A DNA stretch of 58,299 bases, from the NCBI GenBank assembly GCA_037134755.1, contig JBAXLO010000001.1, forward strand, positions 1 through 58,299, read 5' to 3'. Origin of the DNA: Bacteroidota bacterium. Its GTDB lineage: Bacteria > Bacteroidota > Bacteroidia > Bacteroidales > JACABE01. The notes under the pieces were generated by a model. That model had not been told where the DNA came from. It did no database searches and was given only the letters and a program-made list of their open reading frames with translations. This document shows, piece by piece, positions 25,395 through 34,560 of this stretch (the stretch's first letter is position 1; each line of letters starts with the position of its first letter). The translations under genes were made by a program, and so were the position numbers.

Positions 25395-26309
25395 TTACAA
25401 AGGCACAAGCTCTACAGATATTGCTAGCACATCACCTACACCCACTTCTACATTTGCTTTAGTAAGCACTGAATAACCGGGTTTTGTAAAAGTAATAGTG
25501 TAAATGCCGGCTTTGGCAATTTGCAAAAGAGCAACTCCTGCATCATCGGTAAGGGCTTTATCTCCCGGCTCTACTACTTCTATTCTTACCAAACGCAAAG
25601 GAAGTTTGGTGATAAAATCAATTGCTTTAAATTCAAAAGTAGCTTCAGGGTTTAAATGGCGGATACCGTAATGAACTATCTTACGTGATGAATGGTACTG
25701 ATTAACAAAATCAGGAACAGTGTCAATATAAGTTTCTATCAGAGGATCTAATTCATTTTTAATTCTGCCATTCATGCGGCTAATTTCTTTGGCAATGTTT
25801 TCGGTAGCCACAACCACTGTGGTCTGTACATCTCTTGTGCCTCCCAAAACGCCATTATAAGTGTCGATTCTGGATTTTAACAACAAAGTATCTGCTGTTT
25901 TAATATTATATGGAACAATTTTAATACCTAAACTAATTGCCAACTCATACACTATGTCGGCATAAGCTGTTATCTCTTCATCTGTTAAAGCCTTTATATC
26001 CGAATTAGAAATATTAACAACAACAAAACCGCTACGATCTTTAGTTGAGTTACTATAGGAAATTATCCCTGATTTAACTTTAAAAAGTGATGCTTCCAAC
26101 TCTGCACGAGCTTCATTCTTAATAAGAGTTTCACCGGCACTCCCTTTCATTTGAATCATCATCTGGGTGTGGATGTATGCTTTTGATTGCATCATGTCTT
26201 CAACAAAAGCTTCGATAATTGGATTAGGAGACCACTCGTCGGTAAACCTTATTAAACAATCATGTGATGAGTTAAACATCTTTGTGTAATCGTTTTGTAA
26301 TCGTTCCAT
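25395..26309 (-). CDS. hypothetical protein, orphan helical-N / beta-sandwich-C family
   Basis: 304 aa with no signal peptide. The C-terminus (LVRIEVVEPGDKALTDDAGVALLQIAKAGIYTITFTKPGYS) is carboxypeptidase-regulatory-like. The N-part aligns by eye with 27158..28090 (LGIKIVPYN.KTADTLLL vs VGIKLLPFGTTLAQIDLL; TVPDFVNQYHSSRKI vs TNPEFHESYYLSRRRV). Confidence 0.7.
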   Translation of the reverse strand: MERLQNDYTKMFNSSHDCLIRFTDEWSPNPIIEAFVEDMMQSKAYIHTQMMIQMKGSAGETLIKNEARAELEASLFKVKSGIISYSNSTKDRSGFVVVNISNSDIKALTDEEITAYADIVYELAISLGIKIVPYNIKTADTLLLKSRIDTYNGVLGGTRDVQTTVVVATENIAKEISRMNGRIKNELDPLIETYIDTVPDFVNQYHSSRKIVHYGIRHLNPEATFEFKAIDFITKLPLRLVRIEVVEPGDKALTDDAGVALLQIAKAGIYTITFTKPGYSVLTKANVEVGVGDVLAISVELVPL

Positions 26310-26689
26310 AATATTTAATTGTATTGATAAATGATAAATTAATTATGAAGCAAAATTAAACCTTAATTACCAGCTAAAATTTTAATTATGTCTTATTATT
26401 AATAATAATCTAAACTCGTCTGTTTATAAGCTATTTAAATATTAAAATACTTAATATAGGTTTTGATAAAAATAAGACTAATAAGCAATACTTTTATTGC
26501 TTTTATTATCATTATAATAATAATAAATATATTGATGAAATGCAATATTAATGTATTGATAATAAGTTGTTATGATATGATTTGCTTTAGTTGATGCATG
26601 CTATCAAATACAGCTGATTTAAGGCTTTGTAAATGCACCATAATCCCTATTAAATATGCCCTTACATCCATTATTTAATTATTTGTTTC

Positions 26690-27019
26690 GTTTATAGTAT
26701 TATTTGTTTCAATTATACTCTTATTATTTTTGTTTATAATGCTCTTTGTTTTATTTATTTAATAATTTGTTTTGTTTATACTATTCTCTTTTTCGTTTAT
26801 GCTAACCTCTCTTTTGTTTATAGTCTTATTTGTTTTGTTTATATTCCTTTTTGTTTCATTTATAACGCTCTTTGTTTTAATTATACTTTTATAATCAAAA
26901 CAAATATTATTTAGATCAAAACAGATAATCTTTAAATCAAATATATTATTACAAAAAAGAAATAAGATAAAAGTAGGATTAAAACATAAAAGAAGATTAT
27001 TAAAACACTTAATTTTACT
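26690..27019. repeat. two abutting tandem arrays with 21-bp period (about 10 + 6 units)
   Basis: GTTTATA-type unit starts fall at 26690, 26711, 26732, 26753, 26774, 26795, 26816, 26837, 26858 and 26879. ATCAAAA/ATTAAAA-type units then start at 26894, 26915, 26936, 26957, 26978 and 26999. Confidence 0.9.
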
Positions 27020-27157
27020 AATAAAACAGATAAACATAAATATATTTTAAATACTATGATTTATCAATAAAAAAGACTAATTTTACAGAAAATTAATGGC
27101 TTGATTAATATCAAAATTAAAACAATGAAAAACGAATAAAAATAAATTTAAAACACT

Positions 27158-28090
27158 ATGAATGATATAGATGAAACTCATTTTAAGATGATGATAAATA
27201 CTGCCAAAACGATGGACAGGTTTAAATATGTTTGGATTGACAACCCTACTATTGTAGATTGTAACGAAATGTTAACTGTCAACATTCGGCAAGTAAGGGG
27301 CTTAAATAAAGATAAGCGAAAGAGCCCTAAAGGAATAACTATACAGAAGGGAAGTTCGCGTGTGGTACTCAAGAAAGAGGTATTCTCAATAAAACAATCG
27401 CTCAGGATGTATTACCTTTCCAAACAGTTGGACGACGATGCAAAGTTGCTTAGCTATCCAAAGTCTTTCCTTACTTATTTATCGGATAATGATTTTTATA
27501 TGGCGGCATCGTATGTGCAGCAAAAGGCTGTTGAGGTTGGTATAAAACTGCTTCCATTTGGTACTACACTAGCTCAGATTGACTTATTAACCGTAAATTT
27601 GGAAGAGTTTCGTTTAATCTTACCAAAATTAAAATTGGCATTAATAAATAAGACAAAGGGGATTAAGAAAACGACTATAATTATTAACAACTGCGTAGCG
27701 ATGCTTCACGATATATTAAATAATGCAATAGATGTGTATGCCGATACGAACCCTGAGTTCCATGAGAGTTATTATTTGTCGAGGCGTAGAGTATTGAAAC
27801 CCGGCAAACATGCTACCTACATGGAAACTGTTTTTGGGAAAGTAACTGATAGTGTTACTAAGGAGGCTGTTGTAGGTGTAAAGGTAGAGGTTGGTGATAA
27901 TAAGGAATTGACAACTACTGATATAGATGGTAATTACAGTAAAAAGATTTATAAAAAGTATGCAAAAACCATCACATTCAGTTTGCCTGATAAATATCAA
28001 GATTTAACGCTCAACATACCTGCCAAATGCATTAAGGATAGGGTAGAGGTGGATGCGGAGCTTGAACTTAATCCTAGTAATGTGTTGTAA
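27158..28090 (+). CDS. hypothetical protein, orphan helical-N / beta-sandwich-C family
   Basis: 310 aa, divergently transcribed from 25395..26309. The C-terminus VFGKVTDSVTKEAVVGVKVEVGDNKELTTTDIDGNYS is carboxypeptidase-regulatory-like. Confidence 0.7.
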   Translation: MNDIDETHFKMMINTAKTMDRFKYVWIDNPTIVDCNEMLTVNIRQVRGLNKDKRKSPKGITIQKGSSRVVLKKEVFSIKQSLRMYYLSKQLDDDAKLLSYPKSFLTYLSDNDFYMAASYVQQKAVEVGIKLLPFGTTLAQIDLLTVNLEEFRLILPKLKLALINKTKGIKKTTIIINNCVAMLHDILNNAIDVYADTNPEFHESYYLSRRRVLKPGKHATYMETVFGKVTDSVTKEAVVGVKVEVGDNKELTTTDIDGNYSKKIYKKYAKTITFSLPDKYQDLTLNIPAKCIKDRVEVDAELELNPSNVL

Positions 28091-28111
28091 TTTATAAAAC
28101 AAATGCCAATC

Positions 28112-28265
28112 TCGCTTATCGACTTCAGTCGATTAGCGAATAAAAGTAATAGAAAGTAACAAAAAGAAAAGATAATGTATTTTAAAAGCTATAACATATA
28201 TCCGCTAAGCGATAGGAATCGCTAAGCGGAAAACCTCTCGCTTATCGACTTCGGTCGATTAGCGA
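28112..28265. repeat. REP cluster upstream of RAYT copy 2 (REP-A, spacer, REP-B, REP-A)
   Basis: TCGCTTATCGAC-TTCA-GTCGATTAGCGA at 28112-28139. TCCGCTAAGCGAT-AGGA-ATCGCTAAGCGGA at 28201-28230. REP-A again at 28238-28265. Confidence 0.85.
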
Positions 28266-28281
28266 ATAAAAACACTCACAA

Positions 28282-28875
28282 ATGAATTTTAAAGAGAACT
28301 ATACATACCATGTTTATAATAGAAGTAATGAACAACTCTTTTTCAACAGAGAAAATTATTTGTTTTTTATTAGAAAGATAAGAAAACATATTCTTCCTTT
28401 TTCAGATATACTAGCTTATTGTTTAATGCCTAATCATTTTCATTTACTTATTACAGCAAAAAAAGAAGCTGAAGAGCTTTTGGATGAAAATAATCAGTAT
28501 CGTACACAAACCTTAGCGAAATCAATTGGAACTATGCTTAGCTCTTATACACGTGCAATTAATATTCAGCAAAATAGAAAAGGTTCTTTATTTGCTCATC
28601 AAACTAAAGCAAAACAATTAAATTATCATAAAAATGATTATTCTAAAGATTGTTTTTTTTATATTCATCAAAACCCTTATGTAGCAAAACTTGTAAAAAG
28701 GCTTGAAGATTGGGAGTTTTCTTCTTTTAATGATTATATAGGCAAAAGAAACGGGTCATTAGTCAATAAAGAATTAGCTTATGAAATAGTAAACTTTGAT
28801 AAAAATGATCTTTATAATCAAACATATAATATTATGAATTCTAAAAGTGATGAGCCTTTTTACGAGGATGATTAA
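28282..28875 (+). CDS. REP-associated tyrosine transposase (RAYT), copy 2
   Basis: 197 aa, collinear with copy 1 (MNFKENYTYH.YNRSNEQ.FFNRENYLFF.RKIR.HILP..D..AYCLMPNHFHLLI...YIHQNP.VAKLV...EDWEFSSF.DYIGKR). It is in the opposite orientation to copy 1. Confidence 0.85.
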   Translation: MNFKENYTYHVYNRSNEQLFFNRENYLFFIRKIRKHILPFSDILAYCLMPNHFHLLITAKKEAEELLDENNQYRTQTLAKSIGTMLSSYTRAINIQQNRKGSLFAHQTKAKQLNYHKNDYSKDCFFYIHQNPYVAKLVKRLEDWEFSSFNDYIGKRNGSLVNKELAYEIVNFDKNDLYNQTYNIMNSKSDEPFYEDD

Positions 28876-28935
28876 ATTCTAATCTTTTGCTTATACATTT
28901 TATTAAATATTTTATTACAATGTATTTTTAACACA

Positions 28936-29091
28936 CCCGCTAAGCTATAGGAATCGCTAAGTGGAAAATTACTCCCTTATCGACTTCGGTCGATTAGCGA
29001 ATAAAAGTAATTAAAAAGAACAAAAAGAAAAGATAATGTATATTATGAGTTATAACACTTATCCGCTAAGCGATAGGAATCGCTAAGCGGG
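28936..29091. repeat. REP cluster downstream of RAYT copy 2 (degenerate REP-B, REP-A, spacer, REP-B)
   Basis: A degenerate REP-B lies at 28936-28965. 28973-29091 repeats 28112-28230 as a ~119-bp direct composite unit with the same spacer AATAAAAGTAAT.A.AAG.AACAAAAAGAAAAGATAATGTAT. Confidence 0.85.
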
Positions 29092-29143
29092 AAACTGAAA
29101 GAACTTTATAGAAAATATTTTAACAATCAACGACTTTTTGTTG

Positions 29144-29151
29144 TATCTTTG
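29144..29151 (+). promoter_or_regulatory. putative -7 box (TATCTTTG)
   Basis: It lies 28 nt upstream of the ATG at 29179. The same octamer precedes 30745. Confidence 0.4.
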
Positions 29152-29178
29152 TATTCTTAAAATTAATATAATTCAAAT

Positions 29179-30645
29179 ATGAAAAGAATATATCTTCTCT
29201 TATTTGCAATCTTTGTGATAAATGTTGCAGATGCTCAGTGGCAATCACTTAATAGCCCTTTAAGTAGCATTGTCAATTGTTTGGCTATAGATAGTAACAA
29301 GATATTTGTTGGCACTTATTCGAACAATAGTATTTATTATTCTCCTGATTTTGGAAATAACTGGTCAGTTATCCGATCAACTGATGATAGTACTATACGA
29401 GAATACATTAGTTCCATTCTTCTGATGGATAGTACTATGTATGCTGCATCAATGGGTAGTTATACCCATAACCCTGTTGATAGTAGTGCGTTTTTGGGAG
29501 GCGTATTTAAGAAAACTTACGACACAAATTCTTCGTGGACTCCTTTGGTAAATCCGTATTTTAATCCTATGAATGTAAACTTTTTAAAAGTATATGATGG
29601 ATTAGTTTATCTTGGATATAATTACCCGGGTCTTAATTATGGCGGGCGAGTGGCGGCGATGAATTCTAACGAGAATTACTGGAGTGAATGTTGGGAACTT
29701 TTTTTAATTGGTGGAGCCAGAGTGTTGGTAGCTAATAAAGATACCTGTTATATGGCTTCGACTAATAGTTTTGGGCAAGATAACTTATACGGAACTGCTA
29801 AGATCTATTTATCTTCGTACTATGGACAGGTTTGCAAGAATGTTACTGATTGGGACTTGCCTCAAGATAGTCTTATAGTAACAGCCTTAGCAATTGATGG
29901 GAATTATGTTTTTGCAGGCACCTATGGCAAAGGAGTTTATATTACACAAAACAATGGTGTTTCGTGGAAAGCCGTAAATAATGGATTGACAAATAAATTT
30001 ATTAATGCATTAGTGACAAAAGACAGTACTATTTTTGTTGCAACTAATGGTGGTGGCGTTTATTTATCAATGGATAAGGGTAATTCATGGAATCAAATTA
30101 ATAAAGGCCTATCTGAAATTAATATTAATACCTTAAATATTAGTGCAGATTATATTTATGCCGGAGGGAACGGAGGCGGAATTTATAAACTGTTATTAAA
30201 AGACACAATTAATACTTCATTAAATAGAATTCTTGGTGGCACTACTTCAGGCGACGGAATATACGCTTATGGATACCATTGTACAATAAAAGCTACGCCT
30301 GATAAAGGTTATGGATTTGTAAACTGGAGAGAAAATGGCAATGTTATAAGTACTGATAGTATTTACACTTTTACTGTTACTGAAAATAGAAAGATGAATG
30401 CTAATTTCCTTCCTCTAAATAATGTTACTATTTATCCAAATCCTGTTACTAATGATCTAATAATTGAATCAAACTCAATAAAAGAACAGAGGCTTGAGAT
30501 ACTAAACATATTGGGGCAAAACGTTTATACATCTAATATTAATAAAAAAGCTATAGTTAATACTTCAGCTTTCGCTAATGGGGTTTATTTTGTAAAGCTA
30601 TCTAACGATAAGGAAACAGAGGTGCGTAAGTTTGTGAAAGAATAA
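29179..30645 (+). CDS. T9SS-secreted beta-propeller repeat protein (BNR/Asp-box-like) with InlB-B-repeat-like domain and Por C-terminal sorting domain
   Basis: Signal peptide MKRIYLLLFAIFVINVADAQW. Repeats of the form GGGVYLSMDKGNSW / ITQNNGVSWKAVNNGL. GYGFVNWRENGNVISTDSIYTFTVTENRKMNANF. CTD IYPNPVTNDLIIE...GVYFVKL...RKFVKE. Confidence 0.8.
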   Translation: MKRIYLLLFAIFVINVADAQWQSLNSPLSSIVNCLAIDSNKIFVGTYSNNSIYYSPDFGNNWSVIRSTDDSTIREYISSILLMDSTMYAASMGSYTHNPVDSSAFLGGVFKKTYDTNSSWTPLVNPYFNPMNVNFLKVYDGLVYLGYNYPGLNYGGRVAAMNSNENYWSECWELFLIGGARVLVANKDTCYMASTNSFGQDNLYGTAKIYLSSYYGQVCKNVTDWDLPQDSLIVTALAIDGNYVFAGTYGKGVYITQNNGVSWKAVNNGLTNKFINALVTKDSTIFVATNGGGVYLSMDKGNSWNQINKGLSEININTLNISADYIYAGGNGGGIYKLLLKDTINTSLNRILGGTTSGDGIYAYGYHCTIKATPDKGYGFVNWRENGNVISTDSIYTFTVTENRKMNANFLPLNNVTIYPNPVTNDLIIESNSIKEQRLEILNILGQNVYTSNINKKAIVNTSAFANGVYFVKLSNDKETEVRKFVKE

Positions 30646-30718
30646 GAAACTCTTCTAAATTCCTTCCAAAGGAGTGGAATTTATTGAAAATAATTTAACT
30701 CTCAATGTATTTTTATTG

Positions 30719-30726
30719 TATCTTTG
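30719..30726 (+). promoter_or_regulatory. putative -7 box (TATCTTTG)
   Basis: It lies 19 nt upstream of the ATG at 30745, inside the TTG-initiated track ORF. Confidence 0.4.
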
Positions 30727-30744
30727 CTACTTAAATACAGCTTA

Positions 30745-32106
30745 ATGAAACTTCAAGAAATAACACAAAGTAGATTATATATATGTTTAGGTTTAAGCAT
30801 TCTATTATTGTTGTCAAATATAGCATATAGCCAGAAGGTAAATTTCAGTGTGTTTTTACCTCCTGTTAAAAGTACAGATAATTATTACAATGCATTTAAT
30901 ACATATGTGCTTCCAAGTCCTCTGTTTACGATGGTAACTGTTTCGATGATATGGTCTGACATTGAAACCAGTCAGGGAGTTTTTGATTTTAGTACTTACG
31001 ATAGTCAAATTCAACAATTCATTACAGCAGGCAAGAAGGTAAACATAGTTACCTGGCCTATATCTCCCAATGGTATTAATACTTACACACCGGCCTATAT
31101 CTTTACGGCGGCATGGGCAAGTTCGCTTGGTGCATCTCAGCTTACTGTTGATACATGCAGTGCCATGCATGGAAATGGCACTCCTACAAGTGGTATGCCT
31201 ACCCCATATGAAACTCCGTTCAAGCAAGGCTTAAAGAATTTCTACACTCAAGTTATCAATCATTATAATAATAACCCAAACATTGGATATATTCGCCTTG
31301 GATTAGCTGTTGGAGGCGACTTCTTCCCCAGATGTAGCAGCGTAATGCCGGGTTATTCTTTATCAGTTTGGGAGAACTATGCTAAAGAAATGAATGATTT
31401 TGAAGCAGCTCTTCATCCTACTGTAAAACTTGTTCAATCGGTAATGCTCACAGGTGCAGATGTTGAAGCAGTTAATGCTGTTAATGACAGTATTTCAATT
31501 GGAGTTCAAGGATGGCAGCTATCTGATAACACAGCTACTACCTGCACATCCGATTGGTGTGCTTTGTTTGCTCAATACACAGGCAAAGTGTGGCCATTAG
31601 AATTGCAGACTATAAATTATAGTGAAGCTGATGGAGTAACTACTAACGCAAATCCTACAGGTTCGCTTATCGATCTTATTCCTTTTGCTGCAAGCCATCA
31701 TGCTGATGTTCTGGAGTTGTATTTAGTAGATTGGCTGCTGGCACTTGATCCTAATTACGCAACCTTAAGCGGCCCTGACATCGTGCCTGCTTATGCACAA
31801 TATGCTTCTGCTTATTATAATGTGATAGCTAATGCAGCAATTACTAATGTAAAAGAGTATGCTGATGATAATGGGTGTGAAATTTATCCCAATCCTGCTA
31901 AAGACAATATTATTATAGACCTGCACGGAACAAAAGTTCTGTGTAATTCGTCTGTCTCATTATATGATTTGCAAGGTAAAATCCTATTACAACAATCTCT
32001 GAAACAAAACGAAACAGAGCTTAATATTTCTAGTCTGGTTAAAGGTATATACCTGTTAAAAGTCATAAATAATAACGTAACTATAAAGAAGATTATAAAA
32101 GAATAG
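30745..32106 (+). CDS. T9SS-secreted putative glycoside-hydrolase-like (TIM-barrel) protein
   Basis: Start is moved from the TTG at 30724 to the ATG at 30745. Signal peptide, then MIWSDIETSQGVFDFSTYDSQI (GH-like W..E...G.F.F motif). CTD is IYPNPAKDNIIIDL...GIYLLKV. Confidence 0.65.
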   Translation: MKLQEITQSRLYICLGLSILLLLSNIAYSQKVNFSVFLPPVKSTDNYYNAFNTYVLPSPLFTMVTVSMIWSDIETSQGVFDFSTYDSQIQQFITAGKKVNIVTWPISPNGINTYTPAYIFTAAWASSLGASQLTVDTCSAMHGNGTPTSGMPTPYETPFKQGLKNFYTQVINHYNNNPNIGYIRLGLAVGGDFFPRCSSVMPGYSLSVWENYAKEMNDFEAALHPTVKLVQSVMLTGADVEAVNAVNDSISIGVQGWQLSDNTATTCTSDWCALFAQYTGKVWPLELQTINYSEADGVTTNANPTGSLIDLIPFAASHHADVLELYLVDWLLALDPNYATLSGPDIVPAYAQYASAYYNVIANAAITNVKEYADDNGCEIYPNPAKDNIIIDLHGTKVLCNSSVSLYDLQGKILLQQSLKQNETELNISSLVKGIYLLKVINNNVTIKKIIKE

Positions 32107-32136
32107 CTAAGAATTATAAATTAAGAATTATAAATT

Positions 32137-33486
32137 ATGTATGATGTAAAAAGTATCATTACCAAAAGGATATATCTTCTTTTAATATCAACAATCTTTA
32201 TTCTAAATATTACATATGCACAATTTCATGGGCATAGTGGTGTGTATTATTTAGGTACTGCTGATGTGCCTAACTCTGTAGCTACTTATTCTAATCCCGA
32301 CATCAGTGGAGTTGTAGTTCGTTTTACATGGAATGGTCTCGAAACATCTCCGGGTATTTTTAACTGGACTTTTATTGATGGTGAAATAGCTAAAGCTGTT
32401 ACTTATAATAAAAAAGTATCACTTCAGCCTCTTTCTTCACCTACTTGGCTCGATAGTATCGGAGTTCAACACTATTATTATATTGATAATAATACAGCAC
32501 ATCCTACTTATGGACAAGCAGTTTCAGGGAATATTCCATGGGATAGCATTTATGTTAAAAGATATAAAATACTTCTTCAAAACCTTGCTGCTAAGTATGC
32601 TTCTGATACAAATGTTTCGTATATCAATGCTATTGGTGGTGCTTTTTCAAGAAACCTACCCGATACCATCCTTACCGACACAGCACTAATGACTAAGCAT
32701 GCCTTTTGGACTGCCTATAATTATAATGCTGACACCTTAGGTAAGCTTATGAATACTATTACAGATTATTATATGATGCATTTTCCTTCAACGCACTTAT
32801 GGTGTTCTGTTGATTATGTAAAGTTTGAGTTAAAAGCTTCAAGTCGTCCAATTAATTATCTTGCATCTGTTTATACTAATTACGGAATAGCTAATTATTC
32901 TGATAGGTTTGGTTTATGGAGAGAAGATCTTTCGGGTTGCAATCCACAGCTGCCTATCAGCACAGGCAATCAATGGTATCTAATGCAACAAAACCCTTGT
33001 AGAACCGGTGCTCAAATGGTTTGGAATGTTCAGGATGGTCCTATACGCATGAATAAGTGCGGAATACTTCCAAATACAAAAGCAATTGTTTTAGATTCGG
33101 CTGTTAACAATGGGCTGAGTTTAGGGATGCGCTACCTCGAGATATATGCAGTAGATATTGATGATGCTACACTAACAAATTCAATACTTCAGGCTAACAA
33201 TAAACTTATTATTAAAGGAGCCAATTGTGATTTGAATAATGGGATAATCGAAAGATACTCTAATAACATTATCTCAATTTATCCTAATCCCACAAAAGAC
33301 AATCTTACAATAGAAACAAGCAAAGAACTAAGCTTAGAGATAGTAAATCTTATCGGGCAAACCGTATATACATCTAATATAAATAAGAAAGCTGTAATAA
33401 ATATTTCAGCTTTCGCTAAAGGAGTTTATATCATAAAGCTTAAGGACGAGAAGGAAACTGTGGTTAAGAAAGTTGTTAAAGAGTAA
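32137..33486 (+). CDS. T9SS-secreted putative glycoside-hydrolase-like protein (distant paralogue of 30745..32106)
   Basis: VVRFTWNGLETSPGIFNWTFIDGEI, then CTD IYPNPTKDNLTIE...GVYIIKL...KKVVKE. Confidence 0.65.
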   Translation: MYDVKSIITKRIYLLLISTIFILNITYAQFHGHSGVYYLGTADVPNSVATYSNPDISGVVVRFTWNGLETSPGIFNWTFIDGEIAKAVTYNKKVSLQPLSSPTWLDSIGVQHYYYIDNNTAHPTYGQAVSGNIPWDSIYVKRYKILLQNLAAKYASDTNVSYINAIGGAFSRNLPDTILTDTALMTKHAFWTAYNYNADTLGKLMNTITDYYMMHFPSTHLWCSVDYVKFELKASSRPINYLASVYTNYGIANYSDRFGLWREDLSGCNPQLPISTGNQWYLMQQNPCRTGAQMVWNVQDGPIRMNKCGILPNTKAIVLDSAVNNGLSLGMRYLEIYAVDIDDATLTNSILQANNKLIIKGANCDLNNGIIERYSNNIISIYPNPTKDNLTIETSKELSLEIVNLIGQTVYTSNINKKAVINISAFAKGVYIIKLKDEKETVVKKVVKE

Positions 33487-33489
33487 ATT

Positions 33490-34536
33490 ATGAATGGATT
33501 TAAAAATGTTATAATGAAAAAGATATTTCTTGTTATATCAGCAATGTTTATTATCAGTATTGCTGAGTCGCAAACTACTACTAGCTATAAGATAGCAGAT
33601 AAAATTCATATCGAAGGGGATGGTAATTGGGATTATATCAAAGCAGATGGCACTACTAATATGTTATTTGTGTCAAATTCGAGTAGAGTTATAGTTATTG
33701 ATACCAAAATTAATAAAAAGATAGGTACCATAACTAATACTCCGGGTGTACATGGAATAGCTGTTGCTGCTGATAAAAACAAAGGATATACTACTAATAG
33801 CAGTGATACTTCGGTTACGGTGTTTAATCTTACAACTTTGCAAAACATAAAGAGGATTAAGCTTACCGGGCTTAGTCCTGATGCTATTCTTTACGATTCT
33901 TCTACTCAAAAGCTATATACTTTTAATGCAACAGGTCGTAATACAACTGTTATCAATACCATTAACGATTCAGTGATTGCAACCATAGCATTAAACGGTA
34001 AACCTGAGTCGGGCGTAAGTGACGAGAACGGTTTTGTTTATGTAAATATAAATGATAGTAATATAGTTAGGGTTATTAATAGTAGTACCAATCAAATTGT
34101 AAAGCGTTTTACATTAGGAACCGGTACCAGCCCTAAAGCTATGGCTATTGACTTAGTAAACCATAGACTGTTTGTAACTTGCAGCAGCAAATTGATAGTT
34201 TTGAATTATGATGATGGCTCTTTAGTAGCTACTGTTCCAACAGGAGGGAGCATGGATGGGATTGCTTTTGATCCTATCTTAAACAGAGTGTATTGCCCGA
34301 TAAGTAGCGGTGCTATAGTTGTTGTAAAAGAAACAGATGCTTCAACATTTACTTTATTAGAGAACATTCTTACTATGACAGGGGCAGGAACTATAACTAT
34401 AAATCCTGTGACGCAACATGTTTATGTTCCATGTATTGAATACGAGCCGGCAACTAATCGTTCACCTAAAACACACCGATTGCATCCAACTTCTAAGCCA
34501 TTTTCGTTTACAATACTTGATATAGCTCCTTTGTAA
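33490..34536 (+). CDS. YncE/YVTN-type beta-propeller repeat protein, secreted
   Basis: Repeated motifs of the form P.GIAVD...N..YV.N....VSVI. (GVHGIAVAADKNKGYTTNSSDTSVTVFN; PKAMAIDLVNHRLFVTCSSKLIVLN). The signal peptide may start at M10 (33517, MKKIFLVISAMF). Confidence 0.65.
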   Translation: MNGFKNVIMKKIFLVISAMFIISIAESQTTTSYKIADKIHIEGDGNWDYIKADGTTNMLFVSNSSRVIVIDTKINKKIGTITNTPGVHGIAVAADKNKGYTTNSSDTSVTVFNLTTLQNIKRIKLTGLSPDAILYDSSTQKLYTFNATGRNTTVINTINDSVIATIALNGKPESGVSDENGFVYVNINDSNIVRVINSSTNQIVKRFTLGTGTSPKAMAIDLVNHRLFVTCSSKLIVLNYDDGSLVATVPTGGSMDGIAFDPILNRVYCPISSGAIVVVKETDASTFTLLENILTMTGAGTITINPVTQHVYVPCIEYEPATNRSPKTHRLHPTSKPFSFTILDIAPL

Positions 34537-34560
34537 AAGAGAGATGACTTCCCGGTGGCT

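Noticed and set aside
26759-27037. 92-aa minus-strand ORF and the 86-aa minus-strand ORF at 42424..42684 as real genes
   Set aside because: Both are read-throughs of tandem repeats, giving 7-aa periodic low-complexity peptides. They start and stop inside or at the edge of the arrays, and they lack a plausible promoter or start context. The plus-strand ORFs 42260..42892 and 52477..52797 are not fully rejected and are discussed as findings.
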